A stretch of 64,000 nucleotides of DNA, taken from the NCBI GenBank assembly GCA_963701075.1, contig OY969559.1:384001-448000 (forward strand), given 5' to 3'. The position numbers and the translations under genes were made by a program. Under the pieces are notes generated by a model. The model was given only the letters and a program-made list of their open reading frames with translations. It did not search any database and had not been told where the DNA came from. Position 1 is the stretch's first letter. Each line of letters starts with the position of its first letter. Below are positions 48,988 to 58,650 of this stretch, in pieces. Origin of the DNA: an uncultured Nitrososphaerota archaeon. Its GTDB lineage: Archaea > Thermoproteota > Nitrososphaeria > Nitrososphaerales > Nitrosopumilaceae.

Positions 48988-51063
48988 CTAGGCTATCCCC
49001 ACGTTACCTGAGGCTTCTGCTGTAAGCGGAGTACCTCCATTGCTTGGCCAGTCCGAGAACATGTCTGCATACAAGCTGCCGGTTCCAACGTTTGCATCAC
49101 TTGGCACATAAAACGACACAATCATCTCGCTGTCTCCTGCTCCAAGCGATGTCTTGATTGAACCAACGCCAAGGCTTGTGCCGTCAGGGCCTGCAAGATT
49201 TATGGTGACAAGTGCCGACTGGCTCGAGGCCGACGAGAGTACTATCTTTGCATATCCCGTAGTGCCCTTGGCAAACGAGGTCACGACATTGTTTCCTTCT
49301 TGGTCTGTTGGCTGTATAGATACAATCGATACATCCGAGGGTTGTGCGGCCTGCGACGATACAGTAAACTCGGCAGCGCCTTTGACGTAATTTCCGCCAA
49401 CAAGCGCAGTCGACGTAACCTGGTAACTGCCTGCCTGTGCATCAGGCGACAAGCCTATCTGGAGTACTGCATCTCCTCCAGTGCCCACCTGTACTGCTCT
49501 TGAAGCAACAATGTTAAGCGATGGGTCAGTTACAACTATTGCAACGTTTTGTCCCACTTGAGCTCCTGCAGTATACGAAGTGATCGTTACATTCTCTCCT
49601 GGATTGTACGACGACTGGTCGGTCTGCACGTTCATGGTGTTCGATGTTGCAACCGATGGCGCACCATCTGCCAAGACAACTGCTGTTGCCGAGCTGCCTA
49701 GGTCTAGCTCGTCTCCTGCATAGGTGGCAGTTATTGTTATGTTGTTCGAGCTTGTTGGTGGAGTGTACACAAGCGAGCAGCTGTTGTCCGAAACTACACA
49801 TGTACTTGGACTAAACGTGCCGCCTGCACCGTTGTCGCTCCACGATACGATTCCATTTAGAGCATAGCCTGGGTTCGTACCATCAAGTGTTGCAGTAAAT
49901 GTGATTGTACTTCCAGCTACTAGTGTTGCAGTACTTGGCGTAATAGTTACTGTGGTATCACGCATCGAACTTGCTACTTGCAACAAAGCTGTACCATAAC
50001 TATTCTGGTGCGTACCGTCTCCTCCATAGCTTGCCGTTATTGTAAGCGTACTTGGCGAGTTTGTAGCCGGCGTGTATGTTACCGTACAGATGCCATCGTA
50101 GATTGTACATGTTACCGGACTGAATGCACCGCCTTCGTCTCCATCACTCCACGCTATGGCACCCGTGGGAGTGGTATGTGTACTTGCAGTGTCAGTGACT
50201 GTTGCTGTAAATGTTACCGATCCGCCAACAGATGTAGTTGCCGAGTTTGGCGTAATGGCAGTAGCCGTAGCATCTGGCGTGGTATCTTGCTGGGGTTGGG
50301 GCGTTGTATATGTAATTCTTACAGGAACAGGTGCTAAACTATCATGTGCTGTCCAGTATTGAATATCCGACACAAATGTCCTGGAGTCGATCTTTCCACT
50401 CGACCACAACGAGGCATCGTTGTTTATCCATTGAGGTATTGGACCGTGAACTCCCGAAAGATCTATAGCTTCATGATCTTGATTCATGAACTGGATGTTT
50501 GTCTTGTCGTGATTGGTAAACTGCTGCATATTCTGCATAGTCTGGGTGTTGCCTGCCTTGTTGTCTGCCCATTGTTGGGTAACTGTCTTTGCAGGCAAGG
50601 GAACTGTCCTAGGTCCTTGATAATTTGTACCGTTGACATGCGATGTTGCATTTGGAGCAGGCTGAGTCGCATTAGGCGTGCTAGGTGGAACCTGTGGAAC
50701 AGGCTGGGCTACTGTAGGTGTACTGGTTGGAGCCTGCGTGCTGGGTTGCGGTAATGCGACAGGTGGAGCTGCAGTAACGGTAGACGAATTTAATGCACCT
50801 GGTAGAGTCTGCGATGGTTCTGGCGTACTAGGAACTTGGTTTTCTTGGACTGGTGTAGGTGGAACACTCGATGTAGCATTTACAGCTGTATCAGTCTGCG
50901 TAGGTATGTCTGCCACTGTCAAAGCTGTATCTACTACACTTGCAGTCCCTGTGTTATCCACTTGGGTGCTGTTAGAATCTGAAAATGAAATATCGGCAAA
51001 AGCATACTGTGGCAAAATCAATAGCGCTGCAAATGCAAGAAGGACTAGAGCTTTTGTTTTCAT
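48988..51063 (-). CDS. Large secreted Pro/Thr-rich protein with Ig-like repeats
   Basis: Signal peptide; P/T/Q-rich linker; IPQWI...W..GKI thaumarchaeal module; two TFTAT..WSD..GG.FSP.TC..C..YTP..ITA.Y.GD repeats. Confidence 0.8.
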   Translation of the reverse strand: MKTKALVLLAFAALLILPQYAFADISFSDSNSTQVDNTGTASVVDTALTVADIPTQTDTAVNATSSVPPTPVQENQVPSTPEPSQTLPGALNSSTVTAAPPVALPQPSTQAPTSTPTVAQPVPQVPPSTPNATQPAPNATSHVNGTNYQGPRTVPLPAKTVTQQWADNKAGNTQTMQNMQQFTNHDKTNIQFMNQDHEAIDLSGVHGPIPQWINNDASLWSSGKIDSRTFVSDIQYWTAHDSLAPVPVRITYTTPQPQQDTTPDATATAITPNSATTSVGGSVTFTATVTDTASTHTTPTGAIAWSDGDEGGAFSPVTCTIYDGICTVTYTPATNSPSTLTITASYGGDGTHQNSYGTALLQVASSMRDTTVTITPSTATLVAGSTITFTATLDGTNPGYALNGIVSWSDNGAGGTFSPSTCVVSDNSCSLVYTPPTSSNNITITATYAGDELDLGSSATAVVLADGAPSVATSNTMNVQTDQSSYNPGENVTITSYTAGAQVGQNVAIVVTDPSLNIVASRAVQVGTGGDAVLQIGLSPDAQAGSYQVTSTALVGGNYVKGAAEFTVSSQAAQPSDVSIVSIQPTDQEGNNVVTSFAKGTTGYAKIVLSSASSQSALVTINLAGPDGTSLGVGSIKTSLGAGDSEMIVSFYVPSDANVGTGSLYADMFSDWPSNGGTPLTAEASGNVGIA

Positions 51064-51129
51064 GTTGCAATATCTTCGTCATTTTGTTTATAAAAAATTG
51101 TGACACTTTGTTCAGGAACATTGTTAGTG

Positions 51130-51149
51130 ATGATTAGTGTACTAATCAT
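51130..51149. promoter_or_regulatory. Perfect inverted repeat ATGATTAGT-GT-ACTAATCAT
   Basis: Lies between the HTH gene end and the surface-protein promoter. Confidence 0.45.
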
Positions 51150-51195
51150 TGGTATACAAATTAATTATGCCTAACTCTTTAATAGATCCTAGAAA

Positions 51196-51504
51196 TTATC
51201 TAAGTACTGTTGATTCTCTGTGCATCTTCTTTAGCTTTGGATTATCTGCAAATATCCAGAGAATGGCGCCTTTCTTGTCGTACATTATCTTGTTTGATTT
51301 TTCCAGATAATTCAGTATAGTAAGCAAGGTAGGGTACTGAACCTGCCTTGGAAGTGTTCTCCAGAGTCTATTTTTAGAACTAAACTCTTTTTTGTCAGAA
51401 ATTGTCTCTTCTACCATCTCAACAGTATCAAGACGTGGCATATGTGTAGTCCTAGACCGATGTTTGCCAGATCCTTTCTTCTGTAAGACAGCTTTCGTAC
51501 TCAT
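51196..51504 (-). CDS. Small winged-helix-like protein
   Basis: PRLDTV.MVE..I......S.N.LWR.LPRQ.QYPTL..IL.YLE.SNKI pattern. Confidence 0.65.
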   Translation of the reverse strand: MSTKAVLQKKGSGKHRSRTTHMPRLDTVEMVEETISDKKEFSSKNRLWRTLPRQVQYPTLLTILNYLEKSNKIMYDKKGAILWIFADNPKLKKMHRESTVLR

Positions 51505-51716
51505 TTCCTATCTATAGCTGGGAAATCATTGTATATGTACATATTTGTATCATGTAAATTTGTATATGCAATACTTGAGCAGGATCAATTACAAAACAGT
51601 TAGATGGGTACTACATAACTTGAATCTAAAATCAATTTGATCGTGTTTTAAAGTGGGAAACAAAGTAGACAAAATACCTCAAGGACAAATTGTGATATGC
51701 ACGTTGCAAACAAACA

Positions 51717-51776
51717 TGTCCTAAATATAGGACATATGTCTTAAATATAGGACATATGCCCTAAAAATAGAGCATT
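51717..51776 (+). repeat. Three tandem 20-bp near-palindromic units, candidate operator array
   Basis: TGTCCTAAATATAGGACATA / TGTCTTAAATATAGGACATA / TGCCCTAAAAATAGAGCATT, ending at ATG 51777. Confidence 0.85.
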
Positions 51777-52376
51777 ATGTTGTTGCATAGGTATCTAGAA
51801 GAAGTGCTCGGAAACAAGGTAGCCATTACCTTACTGCGTACTATGGTAAATTATCAGGGTAAGATCTTCACCATCAGGGGATTGGCAGAAGAAGCCAAAG
51901 TTTCACCAAATGAAACCGCACTCATCATTCATGGACTTGAAAATTTTGGCGTCATCAAAATTCAGCCAGTGGGAAGAGCCTATCAATTAGAACTAAACAA
52001 GAAAAGCTATGTTCTAAATAAAATGATAGAACCAATAATTGCGTCTGAAAAAAATACTTTTACTGAATTACTTGTTCTTCTAAAGAAATATCTTGATACG
52101 CCAAAAATTGTCTCTGCAGCAATTTTTGGAAGTGTTGTAAAGGGCCAAGAAAAAATAGATAGCGACATAGATCTTTTAATAATCTCAAACGATCACGATC
52201 ATGCTATTGCACAAATATCTAAAGCAAGTGAACATACATTCTCAACATTTCATGGCAGCTTGTCGCCAATAATATTTTCTGAAAAAGAATTCAAAGCTAA
52301 ACAAAAGGGATCTCTGGCACTGTCAATCATTGATAATCATGTTCTAATATGTGGCAAAAGGATAACAATTTCATAA
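51777..52376 (+). CDS. HTH-fused minimal nucleotidyltransferase (MNT antitoxin)
   Basis: N-terminal wHTH (TIRGLAEEAKVS); FGSVVKG...DSDIDL. Confidence 0.88.
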   Translation: MLLHRYLEEVLGNKVAITLLRTMVNYQGKIFTIRGLAEEAKVSPNETALIIHGLENFGVIKIQPVGRAYQLELNKKSYVLNKMIEPIIASEKNTFTELLVLLKKYLDTPKIVSAAIFGSVVKGQEKIDSDIDLLIISNDHDHAIAQISKASEHTFSTFHGSLSPIIFSEKEFKAKQKGSLALSIIDNHVLICGKRITIS

Positions 52377-52766
52377 ATGGCAAAATCAGTAGATCCACGA
52401 AGTGCACCAAACTATATTATAAAAGCTGAAGAATTTTTAAAGACAGCTAATGACTCGCTACAAGATAATAGGTATAACAGCGCAGTGACAAATGCCATTC
52501 ATAGCGCTATAAACGCACTCGATGCACTGACTACTAAATTTAAAGGCAAACGCGGGTCAGATGACCACACTGAAGTGCTTTCACTTGTTCAAGGAATACT
52601 TTCTGCTGCACAGTATGAAGAAATTAAAAAACAGTTTACATCTCTAATAAGCAAAAAGAATGCTTCTGAATACCAGCCTGATTTAATGGATGTGAAAGAT
52701 GCTCGTGAGGCGATAAAATGGGCAGAACGAATCCTGACTAAAGCCAAGGCTAAATTGAATCCATAA
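52377..52766 (+). CDS. HEPN-domain protein
   Basis: KAEEFL..A......YN.A...A.H...A.DA...H...KNASEY. Confidence 0.85.
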   Translation: MAKSVDPRSAPNYIIKAEEFLKTANDSLQDNRYNSAVTNAIHSAINALDALTTKFKGKRGSDDHTEVLSLVQGILSAAQYEEIKKQFTSLISKKNASEYQPDLMDVKDAREAIKWAERILTKAKAKLNP

Positions 52767-52980
52767 GTGCAATTTGCATCTAAAAACTCAAAAGTAAAGA
52801 TATCAAATCATTTGACAGATTTTTCCCTAATGGGCCTAAAATTATTACAAAACAGTAGTTGGGTCTTCAATTTCATTATGATGTTTGTTTTGGTTGTACC
52901 AAACAGAAAAATGATGACACAAAAATCACTAACACACAAAAAAGCCATCTTTAGATTAATATAAGGAACAGAAAGGATCG

Positions 52981-53733
52981 TTGACGTTGGCTTTCCAAAA
53001 AGGCACTCTAGTTCTGGCAGACTATACTGCCAAGGTAAAAGACACAAACGAAGTCTTTGAAACTACAAGAGAAGCTGACGCAAAGTCTGGCAACATCTTT
53101 GATGCAAATGTAAAGTATCAACCAAGACTTGTCTCAGTGGGAGAGTCCTGGGTGCTCAAGGGACTAGATGATGCACTCTTGGCTGCAAATGCAGGCGACA
53201 AGCTTACAGTAGAAGTGCCACCAGAGAAGGGATTTGGAACACGGGATCCTGCCAAAGTAAGAATGATTCCACTGCGAAAGCTAGGCGATGATGCAGAGAA
53301 GGTATCTGTCGGCGATGCAATTGAACTTGATGAAAGAACTGGAATTATCAGATTCATTGGCTCAGGGCGAGTCCAAGTTGATTTCAACCACAGGTTTGCC
53401 GGTAGAACAATTTTGTATGATGTTAATGTATTAAAATCACTTGACACTGATCAGGACAAAATCTTGGGACTGCTCAAAAGGAGGTTCCCACTAGATGAAT
53501 CCAAACTAAAATTTGAGATAAAGGGAACGCAGCTTGACATCAACATACCAGACGAGGCACTTATGATGGAAGGCCTCCAGGTGGTAAAGCGAGCAATAGC
53601 AAATGAGGTATTCAAGTTTGTATCAACACTTGACAAAATTAACTTTGTAGAATCATACAGCAAGGCAAAGCCGCAGGAAAAGCCAGCAGAGCAAAAGGCT
53701 GAAGCCGCACCAGCACAACCAAAAGCAGCCTAG
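52981..53733 (+). CDS. Long-type FKBP peptidyl-prolyl isomerase
   Basis: VFETT, GLDDAL, PPEKGFG.RDP, VDFNHRFAG. Confidence 0.92.
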   Translation: MTLAFQKGTLVLADYTAKVKDTNEVFETTREADAKSGNIFDANVKYQPRLVSVGESWVLKGLDDALLAANAGDKLTVEVPPEKGFGTRDPAKVRMIPLRKLGDDAEKVSVGDAIELDERTGIIRFIGSGRVQVDFNHRFAGRTILYDVNVLKSLDTDQDKILGLLKRRFPLDESKLKFEIKGTQLDINIPDEALMMEGLQVVKRAIANEVFKFVSTLDKINFVESYSKAKPQEKPAEQKAEAAPAQPKAA

Positions 53734-54770
53734 AGAACGCCAGTACTTTTTGCAAGAGAGATTGCTTTTTCTCCAGTCATCTTCATCTCACTTAGTATGG
53801 TGTATCTTTCTGGCCTCAATGATTGTGCAATGGAGAGCGCCTCTGCCAAAATTTCAGACGAAAGCCCAATCTCTTTTGCAGTTGTAGGGGCTCCGACATT
53901 TTTTAGCATCTGGATTATTTTTTTCCAGTCCTGGCCCTGGAGCTTTGCAATCAGTATGGCACCAATTCCGCATTTTTCGCCGTGCAATCCTATGCCTGGC
54001 TCCAGATAATCTATAGCATGTGAGAACAAGTGTTCTGCACCAGAGCACGGCCTGCTAGAGCCTGCAATGCATGCGGCAACACCAGAACTTATCAGGGCCT
54101 CTACAATCATTCTAACATCAGGTTTTTTCTTGAAATTTTTCGAGTTGTCAATTACAATTTTTGCGCTCATTGATGCCAAATTTGCAGCATAGGTGCCAAA
54201 ATATTCTCCAACTTTGTCTCGTGCAAGCTCCCAGTCGCGCACGGCAGTTACCTTTGCCATGAGATCGCCGCAGCCGCTTGCAATAAGCCTGTGCGGTGCC
54301 CTTTTTAGAATCTCGATATCAACAAAGACCCCAAGCGGTGCTGTAGCAACAATAGAATACGGCCTGTCGCCGCGCAGTGAGACAAACGGGCTTGCAATGC
54401 CGTCATGTGACGCAGACGTTGGAACACTGACAAATGGTTTTTTGAGCTTGAATGCAATCATCTTTGCAATATCAACAGACCTGCCGCCGCCAATTCCTAC
54501 AATAAGATCGCTCTTGTCCTTTTTTACCTCAAGCAGAATCTTATTTGTAGACTCGACATCGTTGCTTGTACTGCGGTGCCAGACATTTTTTATCTTTAAT
54601 TTACCAAGTGACTTTGTTACTTTTTCGTACGTAATCTTTCTTACCTGATCGCCTGAGACAAAAGAAACTTTTCTTGGATTTGCAAGGCCTTGCAGAAAAC
54701 TTCCAATATCTCCGATGTTTTTCTCGCCTACAACTATCTGCCTTGGCAATTCCATGACGTGGGAAGGCAT
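53730..54770 (-). CDS. egsA: sn-glycerol-1-phosphate dehydrogenase
   Basis: GGGRSVD, PTSASHDG, SRPCSGAEHLFSHA, LHGE. Confidence 0.95.
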   Translation of the reverse strand: MPSHVMELPRQIVVGEKNIGDIGSFLQGLANPRKVSFVSGDQVRKITYEKVTKSLGKLKIKNVWHRSTSNDVESTNKILLEVKKDKSDLIVGIGGGRSVDIAKMIAFKLKKPFVSVPTSASHDGIASPFVSLRGDRPYSIVATAPLGVFVDIEILKRAPHRLIASGCGDLMAKVTAVRDWELARDKVGEYFGTYAANLASMSAKIVIDNSKNFKKKPDVRMIVEALISSGVAACIAGSSRPCSGAEHLFSHAIDYLEPGIGLHGEKCGIGAILIAKLQGQDWKKIIQMLKNVGAPTTAKEIGLSSEILAEALSIAQSLRPERYTILSEMKMTGEKAISLAKSTGVL

Positions 54771-54874
54771 GAGCTTTTCTTCAAGCCTCGTTATTTATCA
54801 ATTGTCAGTACGATCCAAAGTTTATTAAACGGTGGAATCCTATTCAAAACATCTCTAGTTAGGTAGAATGTTAT

Positions 54875-55507
54875 TTGTCAGACTATATTGAACAGCACAC
54901 ATATCATGGAACAACGACGGTAGGAATAACCTGCACCGATGGTGTAGTCCTATGCGCCGATATGAGAGCAAGCGCTGGCTATTTCATAGCAAACAACAAC
55001 ACGATGAAGATTCAAAAAATAGACAACCATGCAGGCATGACAATAGCAGGTGGAGTGGCAGATGCCCAAAATGTCACTGACATGCTAAGATATCATTGCA
55101 ACCTCCACAGAGTAGACAAGGGAGAATATCTTCCAATAAAATCAATTGCAAGGCTTGCCTCGCTAATATTCTTCCAAAATAGATACTATCCATTTATCGC
55201 CGACATTTTAGTAGGCGGATATGACAAACAAGGACCGGCATTGTACAACATAGACATGTTTGGTTCTCTTGAACAGAAAAAATATGTTACAACAGGAAGT
55301 GGCTCTCCAGTCGCATACGGTTTGCTTGAAAGCGAATATCGCGACGGACTTTCAGTAGAGGAAGGAAAAACAATTGCTCTTCGAGCAGTCAAGGGTGCGA
55401 TAACAAGAAACATTGGAACAGGTGACGGAATTAATGTCGCAATCATTGACAAGCAAGGATACCAACTCTTAACAAAAGAACAGAAGAAAGCCATAATTAC
55501 GCTTTAG
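54875..55507 (+). CDS. psmB: Proteasome beta subunit
   Basis: Propeptide then HG|TTTVG; GSGS. Confidence 0.96.
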   Translation: MSDYIEQHTYHGTTTVGITCTDGVVLCADMRASAGYFIANNNTMKIQKIDNHAGMTIAGGVADAQNVTDMLRYHCNLHRVDKGEYLPIKSIARLASLIFFQNRYYPFIADILVGGYDKQGPALYNIDMFGSLEQKKYVTTGSGSPVAYGLLESEYRDGLSVEEGKTIALRAVKGAITRNIGTGDGINVAIIDKQGYQLLTKEQKKAIITL

Positions 55508-55514
55508 TGATTTA

Positions 55515-57446
55515 ATGCAAAGAAATAAGCAACAACGCGAAATATCTCCATTACCCAATATCATGGGCACCATACTGCAAAGTATACCAAAAGAGGCAGA
55601 GGTAACCAAGATAGAGTATGAGGGTCCAAGAATTGCAATCTATACAAGAAATCCGCGCTACCTGATGGAGCACAACGAAGTAATCTCCAACATGGTAAAT
55701 GTGATAAAAAAGAGAATTGTTGTCAGAACAGAAGAGTCTATTCGAAAAACAGAGGAGGAAGCAAGACAGATTCTCGTCCAGATGCTTCCAAAGGAGATTG
55801 ACCTGCGAGGCACATTCTTTGATACTGCAATTGGGGAGCTGACAGTGGAGGTAAAGCACCCATGGCTTCTAAATAATATGCCGTCTTTTAATTTGGCAGA
55901 CCTTGTATCAAAGACAGGCTGGCGTGTGAAAATAAGAAAGGCAACTACCATCCAGTCACAAACAATCCAGACAATAAACTATAACCTCAAGATATCATCA
56001 ACTGAGAGAAGCAAGCACCTGCGACAGGTAGGCGAGCAGATATTTCGACCAAAATTATCAGAAGACGCCGAGGTCTCACTTACCACACTTGGCGGATTCA
56101 GCCAGGTAGGCAGATCCTGCATGCTACTTACCACGCACGAGTCCAAGGTACTGATAGACTGTGGTGTCAACCCTGGCGCCAAAAGCCCTCTAGAAGCCTA
56201 TCCGCGGCTTGACTGGGCAAATATTACACTAGACGAGCTTGATGCCGTTGTTATCAGTCATGCCCACCTTGACCATACAGGATTTTTGCCCGTCCTTTTC
56301 AAATATGGCTACAAGGGGCCAATCTATTGTACAGAGCCTACACTGCCAATGATGAACTTGATTCAGCTTGATGCAATAAAGGTGGCAGCAGCCCAAGGCA
56401 GAATTCCGTTATACGCTGAGCGAGATGTCAAGCAGGTAATGAAGCAGACAATACCTCTTGCATATGGAACTGTCACAGATATATCGCCTGACATTAAACT
56501 TGTATTTTCAAATGCAGGACACATACTTGGTTCTGCATCATGTCACTTCCATATAGGAAACGGGAACCACAACTTTGTCTACACTGGAGATCTAAAGTAT
56601 GGCAAATCGATGCTCTTTGACAGTGCATCATGGAATTTCCCAAGAGTTGAGACATTATTGATAGAGAGCACGTATGGCGCAAAAGAAGACATCCAGGCAA
56701 CAAGAGAAGAAGTGGAAGGCACGTTTATCAGGTCAGTAAACGAGACACTGCGAAACGGCGGCAAGGTGCTAATTCCAATTCCAGCTGTTGGCCGTGCACA
56801 GGAATTGATGATGGTAATTGATCAATACATGAAGGCAGGACAGATAATGGAAGCACCTGTATTTACAGAAGGAATGATATCAGAGGCAACTGCAATACAT
56901 GAAGCATATCCGGAATATCTGACACGAGACCTGCGAGAAAAGATTTTGAGTACAGAAGAGAATCCATTTGATTCTGAATATTTCACAAACATAGAACACT
57001 CTGATGCGCGAGAAGAGGCGCTCCGCGAGGGACCCTGCATTATCATGGCAACATCTGGAATGCTCGAAGGCGGCCCAGTGCTTGAATATTTCAAAAACAT
57101 TGCACCGTCACAGAAGAACAAGGTCTTGTTTGTGTCATACCAGGTAAATGGAACCCTGGGAAGAAGGGTACTTGACGGCTCAAGACAGGTCTCAGTAGTT
57201 GGAAGGGACGGAAAGATTGAGGTAATAAACATAAACTGTTCGACTGAAAAACTTGATGGGTTTTCAGGACACAGTGACTATAACCAATTGATGTCATATG
57301 TTCACAAGCTCAGGTCAAAGCTTAGACGGGTTATAGTAAACCACGGTGAGCGCAGAAAGTGCGAGAACCTTGCAAGCTCGATTCACAGAATGTTTAGAAT
57401 TTCAACAACATGTCCGCAAGTGCAAGAAGGCATTAGGCTGCTTTGA
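55515..57446 (+). CDS. Beta-CASP ribonuclease aCPSF1 (FttA)
   Basis: KH domains; SHAHLDH; FSGHSD; NHGE; downstream of psmB. Confidence 0.96.
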   Translation: MQRNKQQREISPLPNIMGTILQSIPKEAEVTKIEYEGPRIAIYTRNPRYLMEHNEVISNMVNVIKKRIVVRTEESIRKTEEEARQILVQMLPKEIDLRGTFFDTAIGELTVEVKHPWLLNNMPSFNLADLVSKTGWRVKIRKATTIQSQTIQTINYNLKISSTERSKHLRQVGEQIFRPKLSEDAEVSLTTLGGFSQVGRSCMLLTTHESKVLIDCGVNPGAKSPLEAYPRLDWANITLDELDAVVISHAHLDHTGFLPVLFKYGYKGPIYCTEPTLPMMNLIQLDAIKVAAAQGRIPLYAERDVKQVMKQTIPLAYGTVTDISPDIKLVFSNAGHILGSASCHFHIGNGNHNFVYTGDLKYGKSMLFDSASWNFPRVETLLIESTYGAKEDIQATREEVEGTFIRSVNETLRNGGKVLIPIPAVGRAQELMMVIDQYMKAGQIMEAPVFTEGMISEATAIHEAYPEYLTRDLREKILSTEENPFDSEYFTNIEHSDAREEALREGPCIIMATSGMLEGGPVLEYFKNIAPSQKNKVLFVSYQVNGTLGRRVLDGSRQVSVVGRDGKIEVININCSTEKLDGFSGHSDYNQLMSYVHKLRSKLRRVIVNHGERRKCENLASSIHRMFRISTTCPQVQEGIRLL

Positions 57447-57461
57447 TTATAGCCAGAGTTT
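57421..57461 (+). repeat. 41-bp degenerate direct repeat, left copy (aCPSF1 3' end)
   Basis: Aligns without gaps to 58055-58095, 32/41 identical by manual count. Confidence 0.75.
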
Positions 57462-57544
57462 GGTGAATTGAGACAAAGCAAGACGCCTCTGTAAATACTA
57501 CTTTGTTAAGTAAGATTTGTATACATAGAATGTATAGTTATAAC

Positions 57545-57667
57545 ATGCAACGATCAGTAAAGAAAGATGAGGTTTCATTGGGTTTACCAGAAAATGAGCC
57601 TATTGAACATGCAGAAAAGGACATGGATGTTCTAACGAAAAAGATTATGAAAGACCATTGGGATTAG
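57545..57667 (+). CDS. Putative 40 aa antitoxin of the PemK/MazF module
   Basis: MQRSVKKDEVSLGLPENEPIEHAEKDMDVLTKKIMKDHWD; ends 7 nt before the toxin. Confidence 0.65.
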   Translation: MQRSVKKDEVSLGLPENEPIEHAEKDMDVLTKKIMKDHWD

Positions 57668-57674
57668 CCCATTA

Positions 57675-58028
57675 TTGACTTTTCGATTTAGTATCAAGGC
57701 AGGAGATATTATTCTTGCAAAACCCAATTACCAGGATCAAGCAGATAATTATGTCAGACCACTTTTAGTCATTTCAAAATCAGGGTTCCACCAAGATAGC
57801 GGATTTTTTGTTTGCGCAGGTATTACAACAAACCAAACCCCAGATAAATATTTGATTCCAATTACTCTACAAGACACAAGTCCAAGACTCAAAGAAAAAT
57901 CACAAGTAATGTGCAAAAGAATAGTAACAATAAGAGAAGATGCCATAATAAATAAAATCAGTTCTGTTACTTCTAATTTTTATACCAGAATTAAAACCCA
58001 GATACAAAGAGATATTTTAGATTTTTAG
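57675..58028 (+). CDS. PemK/MazF-family toxin
   Basis: GDI.L........RPLLVIS......ITT...S.VMC..I.TI. Confidence 0.85.
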   Translation: MTFRFSIKAGDIILAKPNYQDQADNYVRPLLVISKSGFHQDSGFFVCAGITTNQTPDKYLIPITLQDTSPRLKEKSQVMCKRIVTIREDAIINKISSVTSNFYTRIKTQIQRDILDF

Positions 58029-58054
58029 TTCATCTTCGGCTCACCTCTTGAGAT

Positions 58055-58095
58055 TGCAAGAAGACATCAGACTAAAATTATTATGGCCAGAGTTT
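58055..58095 (+). repeat. 41-bp degenerate direct repeat, right copy
   Basis: TGCAAGAAGACATCAGACTAAAATTATTATGGCCAGAGTTT. Confidence 0.75.
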
Positions 58096-58187
58096 CCAAT
58101 ATTAAATAGGCGAATTTTTAGATGTGAAAAATACGCCATATTTTAAAAGAAAGATATTTGTATATTATAATGAACAGGTGATGTACA

Positions 58188-58397
58188 ATGTCTAGTATTG
58201 AAAGCCAATTTCTAACATCTATGAAAAATAGAAAAGCATACACTGGCAAGTGGATTGCCATTCTAGACAAAAAAATAATTGCAGAAGGAAAAGATCTAAA
58301 ACAAGTGTATAAAGAGGCAATGAAAAAGTCGAAATCTAGAACGCCTTTGTTTGAACAAATCCCAGAAAAAGACGGCGAAGAGACTCTGATTCTCTAA
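58188..58397 (+). CDS. DUF5678-family small protein
   Basis: Y.GKWIAI...KIIA.G.DL..VY..A......P. Confidence 0.75.
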   Translation: MSSIESQFLTSMKNRKAYTGKWIAILDKKIIAEGKDLKQVYKEAMKKSKSRTPLFEQIPEKDGEETLIL

Positions 58398-58508
58398 AAC
58401 GTATTAATTCCTTTTTTACTTAATAATCTATTTTTCTACTTACAATTATGTTGGTGGGGACAGATTCATGCAATCCTAAATATGTGATAAAAGATAGATA
58501 ATGTAAAC

Positions 58509-58649
58509 ATGCAACGAGCAAAATCCAAGAAAGCAGACGACATAACACCTCAGGAAAAAGCAGATGTAAAAGAATTCTACAAGGCAAAAGCAGAGGGAAA
58601 AACAAAGACAAGTACTTTAAAGGAATTACTCAAAGAATTAGATAGTTAA
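58509..58649 (+). CDS. Putative 46 aa antitoxin
   Basis: MQRAKSKKADDITPQEKADVKEFYKAKAEGKTKTSTLKELLKELDS; TAA-T-TTG junction as in the 46.4 kb module. Confidence 0.7.
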   Translation: MQRAKSKKADDITPQEKADVKEFYKAKAEGKTKTSTLKELLKELDS

Positions 58650-58650
58650 T

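Noticed and set aside
51717-51776. Possible CRISPR array
   Set aside because: Units are directly tandem with no unique spacers, and no cas genes are present
51122-52934. 10-bp inverted repeat TGTTAGTGAT/ATCACTAACA around the HTH and MNT-HEPN block as transposon ends
   Set aside because: Short, does not extend convincingly, no transposase or target duplication
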